From the NCBI GenBank assembly GCA_964403775.1, contig CAYOHL010000001.1, forward strand, positions 1 to 37,020: a stretch of DNA of 37,020 nucleotides, read 5' to 3'. Below, piece after piece: positions 23,635 to 31,415 of this stretch (the stretch's first letter is position 1; each line of letters opens with the position of its first letter). Below the pieces are notes generated by a model. That model did not search any database, was not told the origin of the DNA, and saw only the letters and a program-made list of their open reading frames with translations. A program made the translations under genes and the position numbers. The stretch comes from an uncultured Methanosarcinales archaeon. GTDB lineage: Archaea; Nanobdellota; Nanobdellia; Woesearchaeales; CG1-02-33-12.

Positions 23635-25029
23635 CTATCCCTTCAAAACACCCAGGGGTTTCATCCTGACAACCTTTAAGCTTATTCCTGCATTATGAAC
23701 AGAATCAACAACCTGCTCAACATCCTTATAGCAGCCAGGAGCCTCTTCTGCAAATGATTTCCAGTTGCCTGCTTTTCCTATAATCCCTTTTTGTCTTAAT
23801 TCATCATTTACTTTTTCTCCCCTGAACTGCCTTAATGCAGCATTCCTGCTCATGGCACGTCCAGAGCCATGGCAGGAGCTTCCAAAGGTTTTTTCCAGGG
23901 CAAGCTCTGTTCCCTTGCAAATGTAAGAAGCAGTCCCCATTGTTCCTGCAACTATTACAGGAAGCTCTGGAAAAGCCCTTGTTGCACCCTTTCTATGGAC
24001 ATAATATTCCCTGCCTTTTATTTTATCGAGCTTTACAACATTATGGCAGATTGCATAAACAGTCTGCATGTCCATGTCTTCCCATGATTTTTTAAACACC
24101 CTTTCAAAGGTCTCCCTTATCCATTGTGTCATAACAAGCCTGTTTGTAAAAGAGTAGTTAACAGCACATTTCATTGCCTTGTAGTAATCCTGGCCTTCCT
24201 CTGAATTCACAGGGGCGCATGCAAGCTGCCTGTCAGGAAGCCAGATATTGTATTTTTTAACAGCCCTTTCCTGTATTTTAAGGTAATCTGTTGCAATCTG
24301 GTGTCCAAGGCCCCTGCTTCCGCAGTGAAGCATAATCAAAACCTGGTCCTTATCAACAATGCCTAGTTTTTTTGCATATTCCTTATCAAAAATATCACTC
24401 ACTTTCTGAATCTCAAGAAAATGGTTTCCTGCTCCCAAAGTGCCAAGCTGCGGCAATCCCCTTTTTTTTGCCAGATCAGAAACCTTTGAAGGGTCTGCAC
24501 CAGGCATGCATCCATTTTCCTCTGTTTTTTCTATATCTCTTTTTGTTCCATAGCCATTTTCAACAGCCCAGTTAAGTCCATGAGTCATAACATTATCAAG
24601 CTCATCATAACCTAACCTCAATTTTCCCTTGGAGCCAACGCCGCAGGGGATTGCATTAAACAATGCAGGAACAAGCTCTTTTAATTTTTCATTAACTTCC
24701 TTGAATGTCAGATTTGTTCTTATTGAGTTTATGCCGCAGTTTATGTCAAAGCCGCATAAGCCTGCTGAGATAACCCCTTCCTTGGAGTCAAATGCGCTTA
24801 CTGCACCCATTGGCAGACCATAACCAAAGTGCATATCCGGCAGGCCTATAACAGGCTCAATAATTCCTGGAAGGCATGCAACATTTGTAAGCTGCCCAAC
24901 AGCACTGTCCTCTATTAAATCTAGGATTGCCTTGTTTGCAAATATCTTTGCATCAACATTCATTTTTTCCTGTGCTGTTTTCGGCAACAGCCATTCATAG
25001 TCATTTATTTTCTGGATTTTTTCTTTCAT
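23635..25029 (-). CDS. rtcB: RNA-splicing ligase RtcB
   Basis: Contains GFDINCG, GAGNHFLE, HCGSRGLGHQ and SSCHGSGRA. The 464-aa length indicates no intein. Confidence 0.95.
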   Translation of the reverse strand: MKEKIQKINDYEWLLPKTAQEKMNVDAKIFANKAILDLIEDSAVGQLTNVACLPGIIEPVIGLPDMHFGYGLPMGAVSAFDSKEGVISAGLCGFDINCGINSIRTNLTFKEVNEKLKELVPALFNAIPCGVGSKGKLRLGYDELDNVMTHGLNWAVENGYGTKRDIEKTEENGCMPGADPSKVSDLAKKRGLPQLGTLGAGNHFLEIQKVSDIFDKEYAKKLGIVDKDQVLIMLHCGSRGLGHQIATDYLKIQERAVKKYNIWLPDRQLACAPVNSEEGQDYYKAMKCAVNYSFTNRLVMTQWIRETFERVFKKSWEDMDMQTVYAICHNVVKLDKIKGREYYVHRKGATRAFPELPVIVAGTMGTASYICKGTELALEKTFGSSCHGSGRAMSRNAALRQFRGEKVNDELRQKGIIGKAGNWKSFAEEAPGCYKDVEQVVDSVHNAGISLKVVRMKPLGVLKG

Positions 25030-25037
25030 CTTAACAC

Positions 25038-25451
25038 CTAAATATCCAAGCTAATGGTTGCTTTATAATTATTTCTTATTTTTTCAATCTTTAGCTTATA
25101 GTATGTTACTCCCTTTACAACCACGCCTGCTTTTTCAGGGCTTATGGGTTCACCATAAATTTTTGCCTTTAAATTATTTTCACTGATTTCTGTTATATCA
25201 AACCTTGAGAAAAATATTTCTTCTGTGTCAACAAGAGCAATAATCTCCTGCAGCCAGTTTACCATAAGATCTTCTGTAGAGCTCCCCTTCAAATCTACGC
25301 TGAAAGACCTTTCTTTCTTTACATTCTTAACATCACAAATAACGCTTGAAAGCGCAAGTGCAGAGTTCTTAAAAAGCTCTTCAAGGTTTTTCCCATAGGC
25401 CTCAAACATCACATCTGATGTAAGGCCCTCTATAAACTTGTAGTTTTCCAT
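25038..25451 (-). CDS. Archease (RtcB activator)
   Basis: TSDVMFEAYGKNLEELF plus C-terminal VKGVTYYKL, with the typical ~137-aa length. It lies immediately upstream of rtcB. Confidence 0.9.
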   Translation of the reverse strand: MENYKFIEGLTSDVMFEAYGKNLEELFKNSALALSSVICDVKNVKKERSFSVDLKGSSTEDLMVNWLQEIIALVDTEEIFFSRFDITEISENNLKAKIYGEPISPEKAGVVVKGVTYYKLKIEKIRNNYKATISLDI

Positions 25452-25453
25452 CT

Positions 25454-25672
25454 TTAATAGGTTACAATCTTATTCAGTTCGAATGGTTTTTCTTCTTCTT
25501 TATCTTCCTCATTTTTTTCTTCTGCTGGGCTCTCAAACATGTTAAACGCACCCTCAGAAACCTCTGGTGACTCAGCCTCTTTTTTATCTTCTCCTACAAG
25601 GCTTGAGAGCATTTTTATCAGCTTTTTAATATCCTCGCCAGAATCCTCTTTTGTGTCTATTGTGATTTTCAT
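25454..25672 (-). CDS. Small acidic protein, hypothetical, first gene of the archease-rtcB operon
   Basis: 72 aa. AAGGAGGT lies 5 nt upstream of the ATG. Its stop is 2 nt from the archease ATG. Confidence 0.6.
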   Translation of the reverse strand: MKITIDTKEDSGEDIKKLIKMLSSLVGEDKKEAESPEVSEGAFNMFESPAEEKNEEDKEEEKPFELNKIVTY

Positions 25673-25740
25673 AGGCCAACCTCCTTTTTGAAAAGATAAA
25701 TAAGGTATTATCTTATGATTATTTAAACATTTCTGAAAAA

Positions 25741-25962
25741 TTATCTTAGAAAAATTTTGTTGTTTGAGTTCAAGAGCACATAAAACAATGTTTGGTATTT
25801 CTCTGGATTCTCAAAAATGGTTTTCAGGGCATCAATAGTCTTTTCAAGCTTCCATTTAAGCGCCTGGGCAAACTCCTTTGCAGATATCTCGCTGTTCCTT
25901 GTTCTCAGAGCCATAAACACACTGTTCATCCTTTCAATGTCCTTTTCATCAATTTGCTGCAT
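25741..25962 (-). CDS. Small (73-aa) helical protein, possible HTH, coupled to tbp
   Basis: The ATG at 25962 lies 1 nt after the tbp TAA stop. The ORF-track start at 26040 would overlap tbp by 77 nt and is unlikely. Confidence 0.5.
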   Translation of the reverse strand: MQQIDEKDIERMNSVFMALRTRNSEISAKEFAQALKWKLEKTIDALKTIFENPEKYQTLFYVLLNSNNKIFLR

Positions 25963-25963
25963 T

Positions 25964-26506
25964 TTATTTCTTTTTTGCCTTTTCCAATGTTTCCTCAAGT
26001 TTTGCAACAGCCTCATCTGCCTCTTTTTTGCTTTTAACACCAGTGCAGACTATTTTGCCATTAGAGAACAGCAGAAAGCTTGCCTTTGGCTCTTTGATTT
26101 TATAAACAAGGCCTGGAAACTGCTCTGGCTCATACTCAACATTTCTTAATTTCATAACCAAATCATTAAGGTTAAGCGCAAAACCCAAAGCACCTGAAGC
26201 AACCATGTTCTGCACATGTATTTCCGGCTCAATAGTTACCTTGACCTTTACTCTCTCTAAAAGCTTCATTATCTTGTGGATGGCCTCTTTAACCTCCTTC
26301 ATTGTCTTTGCGCCAGTGCAGACAACGCGCCCTGTTGTAAAAAGGAGTGCTGATGACTTTGGCGTCTTTAATCTTATAACAAGACCCGGAAACTGCTCTG
26401 GATTATACTCTGTGTTTGGCAGAGTTGATGCTATTTTCTCTAAGTTTAGCTGATGCTTAAATTCAGTAGAAACAACCATATTTACAATTCTTATTCCTTT
26501 AGCCAT
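25964..26506 (-). CDS. tbp: TATA-box-binding protein
   Basis: Two direct TBP repeats, each with EQFPGL(V)(I/Y) and (T/S)G(R/K)(V/I)VCTG(A/V)K. Confidence 0.97.
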   Translation of the reverse strand: MAKGIRIVNMVVSTEFKHQLNLEKIASTLPNTEYNPEQFPGLVIRLKTPKSSALLFTTGRVVCTGAKTMKEVKEAIHKIMKLLERVKVKVTIEPEIHVQNMVASGALGFALNLNDLVMKLRNVEYEPEQFPGLVYKIKEPKASFLLFSNGKIVCTGVKSKKEADEAVAKLEETLEKAKKK

Positions 26507-26524
26507 TTTTAAACCCCCATGAAG

Positions 26525-26546
26525 CCTTTTTAAAGGCCTTTTTAAA
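26525..26546 (-). promoter_or_regulatory. Tandem TATA-like boxes upstream of tbp
   Basis: The minus strand reads TTTAAAAAGG twice (26537-26546 and 26525-26534, 12-nt period), about 20-40 nt upstream of the tbp ATG at 26506. GGGGGT lies between them and the ATG. Confidence 0.4.
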
Positions 26547-26641
26547 TGAAAAACACATCCTACTCATAAATCTTTCGGTTTTTAAGGAAAAATATAAAAA
26601 GGAGTAAGTTTATACAAATAAAAATAAAAGGAGGTTTAAAA

Positions 26642-26722
26642 ATGCAAACGTGGATATGGGTTATTTTAGTAGTACTTTTATTGGCCCTTCTGTATTACTT
26701 CTTCGTAATGAAGAAGAAATAA
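26642..26722 (+). CDS. Candidate 26-aa single-TM peptide (MQTWIWVILVVLLLALLYYFFVMKKK)
   Basis: AAGGAGGT (26629-26636) lies 5 nt upstream of the ATG. The peptide has a hydrophobic core and a KKK tail. It is below the ORF-track cutoff. Confidence 0.45.
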   Translation: MQTWIWVILVVLLLALLYYFFVMKKK

Positions 26723-26802
26723 GTCTGATTTCAGAAAGGCCTGATTTATTTTTTTGTTTTTATTTAAACAGAAAGTTTCTTGAAAAAGAGAGATGATACT
26801 CT

Positions 26803-27624
26803 ATGGAACATAAGGCTGTTGCCAGGAGACCGAAAATAGGCCTTGCTCTTGGAAGCGGCGGCGCAAGGGGAATAGCACATGTTGGCGTGCTAAAGGTTCT
26901 GGAAAAAAACAACGTTCCAGTAGATTATATTGCAGGCGTAAGTGCAGGTGCATTTGTGGGGGCATACTATGCCCTTAATAAAGAAATAGCTGGATTTGAA
27001 AAAATATGCCTTGGCTTGACAAAGAAAAAACTTCTTTCTTTTATTGACCCAATCAGCCCAAAAAAAGCATTGATTGCAGGAAATAAAATCAAGGAAGAAA
27101 TAAGCAGGATACTAAAAAACAAAGATTTCAAGGACCTTAAAATACCCTTAACAATTGTTGCAGTTGACCTTGAAAATGGCCAGGAGCTTCATATAAAAAA
27201 AGGAAATCTTGTTGATGCTATTCGTGCGAGCATAGGTCTGCCTGGAATTTTTTATCCTTTTAGGTTAGATGATAAATGGCTTGTTGACGGCGGCCTGATA
27301 AATGCAACACCTGTTGATATAGCCAGAGAAATGGGTGCTGATATTGTTGTTGCTGTTGACTTGACCATTAGTAGTGAAGTGAGATTTAAAGAGCCAACAA
27401 CTGTTGGAACATTAATACAGTCATTTGACATAATGAGAACAGAGCTTACAAAACTAAAAATCCAGTCAGTTAAGAATCTGGTTTTAATACAGCCCACTGT
27501 TGATGACAAGGATGAGATTGACTCATTAAGGTTTTATGAGGCCAGAAGGTTTATAAAGGCCGGCGAAGATGCAGCTGAAAAGGCCATTCCTGAAATCAAG
27601 AGAAAAATAAAGGAATTCTGTTAA
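26803..27624 (+). CDS. Patatin-like phospholipase (RssA-like)
   Basis: Has the oxyanion GSGGARG, the nucleophile elbow GVSAG and the catalytic Asp in VDGGLIN. Confidence 0.88.
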   Translation: MEHKAVARRPKIGLALGSGGARGIAHVGVLKVLEKNNVPVDYIAGVSAGAFVGAYYALNKEIAGFEKICLGLTKKKLLSFIDPISPKKALIAGNKIKEEISRILKNKDFKDLKIPLTIVAVDLENGQELHIKKGNLVDAIRASIGLPGIFYPFRLDDKWLVDGGLINATPVDIAREMGADIVVAVDLTISSEVRFKEPTTVGTLIQSFDIMRTELTKLKIQSVKNLVLIQPTVDDKDEIDSLRFYEARRFIKAGEDAAEKAIPEIKRKIKEFC

Positions 27625-27812
27625 TGCTTCTTTTTCTCAAAATATGATGATATTGCAAAACAAAAAAATCCTGCTCCTAAACCAATGAAAAGCCATGCAG
27701 GCAGATTTCCTGTGATAAAGCCCATGCCCATGCCGATGAAGAGGCCTGCTGGAATAAAAAGCCCGCCAATATTTCCTTCTTTTTTCTTGACTGACTCTGA
27801 TTTTTTCTTCAT
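27621..27812 (-). CDS. Small Gly-rich two-TM membrane protein
   Basis: Two helices, GGLFIPAGLFIGMGMGF and WLFIGLGAGFFCFAI, are flanked by Lys-rich termini. Confidence 0.45.
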   Translation of the reverse strand: MKKKSESVKKKEGNIGGLFIPAGLFIGMGMGFITGNLPAWLFIGLGAGFFCFAISSYFEKKKH

Positions 27813-27879
27813 ATTATCACCTCTTTTTAAGGATATTCTATTTTTAATAATCCTTTATTTAAAATTTTGCTTTTTAAAA

Positions 27880-27953
27880 AGCCTCGGGAGGGATTTGCAC
27901 CCACGACCTGCAGATTACGAGTCTGCTGCTCTGGCTGGCTAAGCTACCGAGGC
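27880..27953 (-). tRNA. tRNA-Thr (anticodon CGU), no encoded CCA
   Basis: A manual cloverleaf gives acceptor GCCUCGG/CCGAGGC, D stem GCUU/GAGC, anticodon stem GCAGA/UCUGC with loop CUCGUAA, a 5-nt variable loop, and T arm GUGGG-UGCAAAU-CCCUC. The discriminator is U, followed by a T-run. Confidence 0.85.
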
Positions 27954-27958
27954 ATGAT

Positions 27959-28114
27959 TTAAAGCTGTTTTAGCAGCTCTTCTTTGCTTGAAAACTTTTT
28001 CTGGCATTCAAAGCATATTGCATACTTTTTGCCTTTTTCATCCTTTACATAAGTGCCCAGCATCTTCTTTAAAAAAGTCTCCTCAATCCTCTTCTTGCAT
28101 ATTTCACATTTCAT
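27959..28114 (-). CDS. Candidate 51-aa zinc-ribbon protein (CxxC...CxxC)
   Basis: Sequence: MKCEICKKRIEETFLKKMLGTYVKDEKGKKYAICFECQKKFSSKEELLKQL. TTTATAAA lies about 20 nt upstream, consistent with a leaderless mRNA. Its stop is 5 nt from the tRNA 5' end. It is below the ORF-track cutoff. Confidence 0.5.
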   Translation of the reverse strand: MKCEICKKRIEETFLKKMLGTYVKDEKGKKYAICFECQKKFSSKEELLKQL

Positions 28115-28222
28115 AAATCAAGGTTAAATTATGGCTTTATAAACTTTTTTAAGAAATTAAAGTTCCCCAGGCAAAACAAAAAGATATAAATAGTTTCAAA
28201 AATTCCAGTTTTTGTAAAAAAG

Positions 28223-28771
28223 ATGGTAAATATAAGGATTCACGGAAGGGGTGGCCAGGGAGCTGTTACAACAGGCCAGATAATGGCAATAGCAGCTTTT
28301 CATGACAACAAGCAGAGCCAGACATTTCCAATGTTTGGTGTTGAAAGATCAGGGGCTCCTGTTCAGGCATTTGCAAGGATTTCTAATGAAAAAATAAACA
28401 TAAGGAGCCAGATTTACAATCCGGATATTGTGGTTGTTTTGGACGCATCTTTGCTTGAGACAGTTGATGTTAGCTCTGGACTAAAGAAAAACGGAAAAAT
28501 AATTATAAACTCAAATAAAAGGCCAGATGAATTAAAAATAAATGGAAACTTTAATGTTTATACTGTTGATGCAACATCAATTGCATTAAAAATCTTTGGA
28601 AAGCCGATTGTAAACACGCCAATGCTTGGGGCATTTTCAAAAATAACAAAAGAAATTTCATTAAAATCATTAACAAAAGCAATTGATGAAACATTTTTAG
28701 AAACAAAGGGCAGGAAAATAGCTGAGCTTAACAAAGAGGCAATAACAGCTGTTTACAACCAGACAAAATGA
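28223..28771 (+). CDS. porC: Pyruvate/2-oxoacid:ferredoxin oxidoreductase, gamma subunit
   Basis: Contains IHGRGGQGAVT...MFGVERSGAP. It is the first gene of a gamma-delta-alpha-(x)-beta operon. Confidence 0.9.
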   Translation: MVNIRIHGRGGQGAVTTGQIMAIAAFHDNKQSQTFPMFGVERSGAPVQAFARISNEKINIRSQIYNPDIVVVLDASLLETVDVSSGLKKNGKIIINSNKRPDELKINGNFNVYTVDATSIALKIFGKPIVNTPMLGAFSKITKEISLKSLTKAIDETFLETKGRKIAELNKEAITAVYNQTK

Positions 28772-29037
28772 AAAAGCAAGAAAAACCAAAAATCAGTGTT
28801 GGAGCTGTAATAGAAGAGCCGGGTTCGACAATAAAGAACAAAACTGGCGGCTGGCGCTCTTTCAGGCCCATCAGAGATAAGAAAAAATGCACAAAATGCG
28901 GCCTGTGCTGGCAGTTCTGCCCTGACAATGCAATCAATGAGAACTTTGATGTAAATTATGATTACTGCAAGGGCTGCGGAATATGTGCAACTATATGCCC
29001 TTTTAAAGCAATAAAAATGGTCAAAGAGGAGAAATGA
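28768..29037 (+). CDS. porD: Pyruvate/2-oxoacid:ferredoxin oxidoreductase, delta subunit (2x[4Fe-4S])
   Basis: Contains the two cluster motifs CTKCGLCWQFCP and CKGCGICATICP. Both ends have 4-nt overlaps with neighbouring genes. Confidence 0.9.
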   Translation: MKKQEKPKISVGAVIEEPGSTIKNKTGGWRSFRPIRDKKKCTKCGLCWQFCPDNAINENFDVNYDYCKGCGICATICPFKAIKMVKEEK

Positions 29038-30179
29038 AAAAAGTAATTGAGGCAAGCACTGCTGTGGCAATTGGCGTAAAACTATGCAATCCAGGGGTTA
29101 TTCCAATGTATCCAATCACTCCTCAGACTCATATTGTTGAACGGCTTGCAGAATATATAAATGATGGCCTGCTTAAATCAGAGATGATTCACGCAGAGTC
29201 AGAGCACAGCGCTATCTCTGCTGCTCTGGGTGCCCAGGCAACTGGTGTAAGAACATTTACAGCAACTGCTTCCCAGGGCTTGGCTTTAATGCATGAAATA
29301 TTGTTTGTTGTTGCAGGCATGAGGCTTCCAGTGGTTATGGCCATTGCAAATCGAGCTTTAAGCGCTCCAATAAACATATGGAACGACCAGCAGGATTCAG
29401 TATCAGAACGCGATTCTGGATGGATACAGCTTTATGTTGAATCTGCCCAGGAAGCTCTTGACACAATAATCCAGGCATACAAAATAGCAGAAAACAAGAA
29501 AGTTTTACTTCCTGTTATGGTCTGCTTGGATGGTTTTACATTAAGCCATGTCTATGAGCCAGTTGATATTCCTGAGAAAAAAGATGTTGATAAATTTCTC
29601 CCAAAATACAATGCCTTATTCAAACTTGACCCAAAAAAGCCAGTTACAATGGGCCCGATTGGATTTCCAAATACCTACATGGAATTCAGAAAAGCAACGC
29701 ATGAGGCAATGCTTGACTCAATTGATGTAATAAAAAATGCCAATTCACAATTCAAAAAATCATTCAACCGCTCATATGGAGACGGGTTGATAGAAACTTA
29801 TAAGGTGGATGATGCAGATTATGCAGTTGCAGCAATGGGAACTGTATGCAGCACAACAAGGGTTGTTGTTGACGAGCTGAGAAAACAGGGCAAAAAAGCC
29901 GGCCTGATAAAAATAAAGTCATTCAGGCCATTCCCGAAAAAAGAGATAATAAGTTATTGCAAAAACCTCAAGGGAATTGCAGTTATTGACCGCAATATTT
30001 CATTGGGAAATGAGGGTGCATTATACACTGAATTAAGATCAGCATTTTACAATCAAAAGAAAAAACCAATAATAAAAGGCTTTATTGCTGGCCTTGGCGG
30101 CAGGGATATAACCCTTGGCCACATTAAAACAGCTTTCAGGAAAATAGAAAACAGCAGTAACACTGAATGGTTGCTCTAG
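29034..30179 (+). CDS. porA: Pyruvate/2-oxoacid:ferredoxin oxidoreductase, alpha subunit
   Basis: Contains YPITPQT, ESEHSA and TATASQGLALM, with the typical ~380-aa length. Confidence 0.92.
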   Translation: MKKVIEASTAVAIGVKLCNPGVIPMYPITPQTHIVERLAEYINDGLLKSEMIHAESEHSAISAALGAQATGVRTFTATASQGLALMHEILFVVAGMRLPVVMAIANRALSAPINIWNDQQDSVSERDSGWIQLYVESAQEALDTIIQAYKIAENKKVLLPVMVCLDGFTLSHVYEPVDIPEKKDVDKFLPKYNALFKLDPKKPVTMGPIGFPNTYMEFRKATHEAMLDSIDVIKNANSQFKKSFNRSYGDGLIETYKVDDADYAVAAMGTVCSTTRVVVDELRKQGKKAGLIKIKSFRPFPKKEIISYCKNLKGIAVIDRNISLGNEGALYTELRSAFYNQKKKPIIKGFIAGLGGRDITLGHIKTAFRKIENSSNTEWLL

Positions 30180-30202
30180 TTTTTTATTTTTTGGAGACAT
30201 AA

Positions 30203-30481
30203 ATGACAGCAGCACATCATTTAATAAAAGAGATGCATGCAAAGAATTTTTGCGTGTATTGCGGCAAGGAGCTTAAGGGAAAAAACTGGAAATCAGAGTT
30301 TGAGGCAGAACTGCATTACAAAACTCTTAAATGCCATGAATGCAAAAAGAAAAACAGAATTAAGGTTAATTTTCATGGCTCTGGCCATGACAACTGGGAT
30401 GGAAATGGTTTTGAAATAAGGGCAAAGGAAAGCCTGGAAAAAAAGATTAAACATAAAAAAGGAACAAAGACAAAAAATTAG
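30203..30481 (+). CDS. Small zinc-ribbon protein with a Lys-rich tail, inserted between porA and porB
   Basis: Contains CVYC...26 aa...CHEC. GGAGA lies 5 nt upstream of the ATG at 30203. The C-terminus is [13 protein letters not shown]. Confidence 0.55.
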   Translation: MTAAHHLIKEMHAKNFCVYCGKELKGKNWKSEFEAELHYKTLKCHECKKKNRIKVNFHGSGHDNWDGNGFEIRAKESLEKKIKHKKGTKTKN

Positions 30482-30506
30482 AAAGAGTTTAAACATAAAA
30501 AATAAA

Positions 30507-31415
30507 ATGGAAAAAACAATAGCCGGGATTTCAACAGAGGAATTTTTTGCATCAGGCCACAGGGCCTGCGCAGGATGCGGCGTTGCTTTGGCAGCAAGGC
30601 ATGCTTTAAAGGCAGCTGGAAAAAACACAATAGTTGTTAATGCAACAAGCTGCCTGGAAGTATTCAGCACACCTTACCCAGAAACATCATGGAGGGTTCC
30701 GTGGATACATGGGGCTTTTGAGAATGCAGCAGCAATTGCCTCTGGCATTGACAGGGCTTTAAAAACATTAGGCAAGCGAAAAGATATTAATCTTCTGGCC
30801 TTTGGAGGGGATGGGGGAACATTTGACATTGGTTTGCAGGCACTTTCAGGGGCAAGTGAGAGGGGTGACAATTTCTGCTATGTCTGTTTTGACAACGGCG
30901 CTTACATGAACACAGGAATACAGCGCTCAGGGGCAACTCCAAAATATGCCTCAACAACAACAAGCCCAGCAGGAAAAATTACTCATGGAAAAACAGAGTT
31001 CAAGAAGCCAATGCCTTTTATAATGGCAGCCCATAAAGCATATGTTGCAGCAGCAAACATTGCATTTCCTCTTGATTTTATCAACAAGGTTAGGAAAGGG
31101 CTTGCATTTAACGGGCCTGCCTACATAGAGGTTTATGTCCCATGCCCAACAGGCTGGAATTTTAGCAATAATCTCACAATAGACATAGCAAGGCTTGCAT
31201 TTGAAACAAAAGTGACGCCATTGTATGAAATTGAGAATGGAATTTTAACTATCTCAAGAAAGCCTGCAAAAGAAACCCCTGTTAAGCAATACCTGAAACT
31301 GCAGGGAAGGTTTAAGCATGTAACAGATGACGAAATAAAAGATATACAGCAGCATGTAAATAATGAGTGGCAGAGACTTCTTGACTTGGAAAAAACCAAG
31401 GCAAGAATATGCTAG
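30507..31415 (+). CDS. porB: Pyruvate/2-oxoacid:ferredoxin oxidoreductase, beta subunit (TPP-binding)
   Basis: Contains [19 protein letters not shown] and [14 protein letters not shown]. Confidence 0.92.
   Translation: MEKTIAGISTEEFFASGHRACAGCGVALAARHALKAAGKNTIVVNATSCLEVFSTPYPETSWRVPWIHGAFENAAAIASGIDRALKTLGKRKDINLLAFGGDGGTFDIGLQALSGASERGDNFCYVCFDNGAYMNTGIQRSGATPKYASTTTSPAGKITHGKTEFKKPMPFIMAAHKAYVAAANIAFPLDFINKVRKGLAFNGPAYIEVYVPCPTGWNFSNNLTIDIARLAFETKVTPLYEIENGILTISRKPAKETPVKQYLKLQGRFKHVTDDEIKDIQQHVNNEWQRLLDLEKTKARIC

Noticed and set aside
25963-26040. Extended start (26040) for the small ORF downstream of tbp, giving a 99-aa protein that overlaps tbp by 77 nt.
   Set aside because: The extension is a Lys/Arg-rich out-of-frame read of the TBP C-terminal tail. 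The ATG at 25962, directly after the tbp stop, is a far more plausible start.
27685-27942. 85-aa plus-strand ORF.
   Set aside because: It runs antisense to the small TM gene and straight through the tRNA-Thr gene. The tRNA cloverleaf explains the sequence.
30237-30419. Alternative-frame 60-aa ORF within the por-operon insert.
   Set aside because: It overlaps the 92-aa zinc-ribbon ORF, which has an SD and paired CxxC motifs. The alternative frame has neither.
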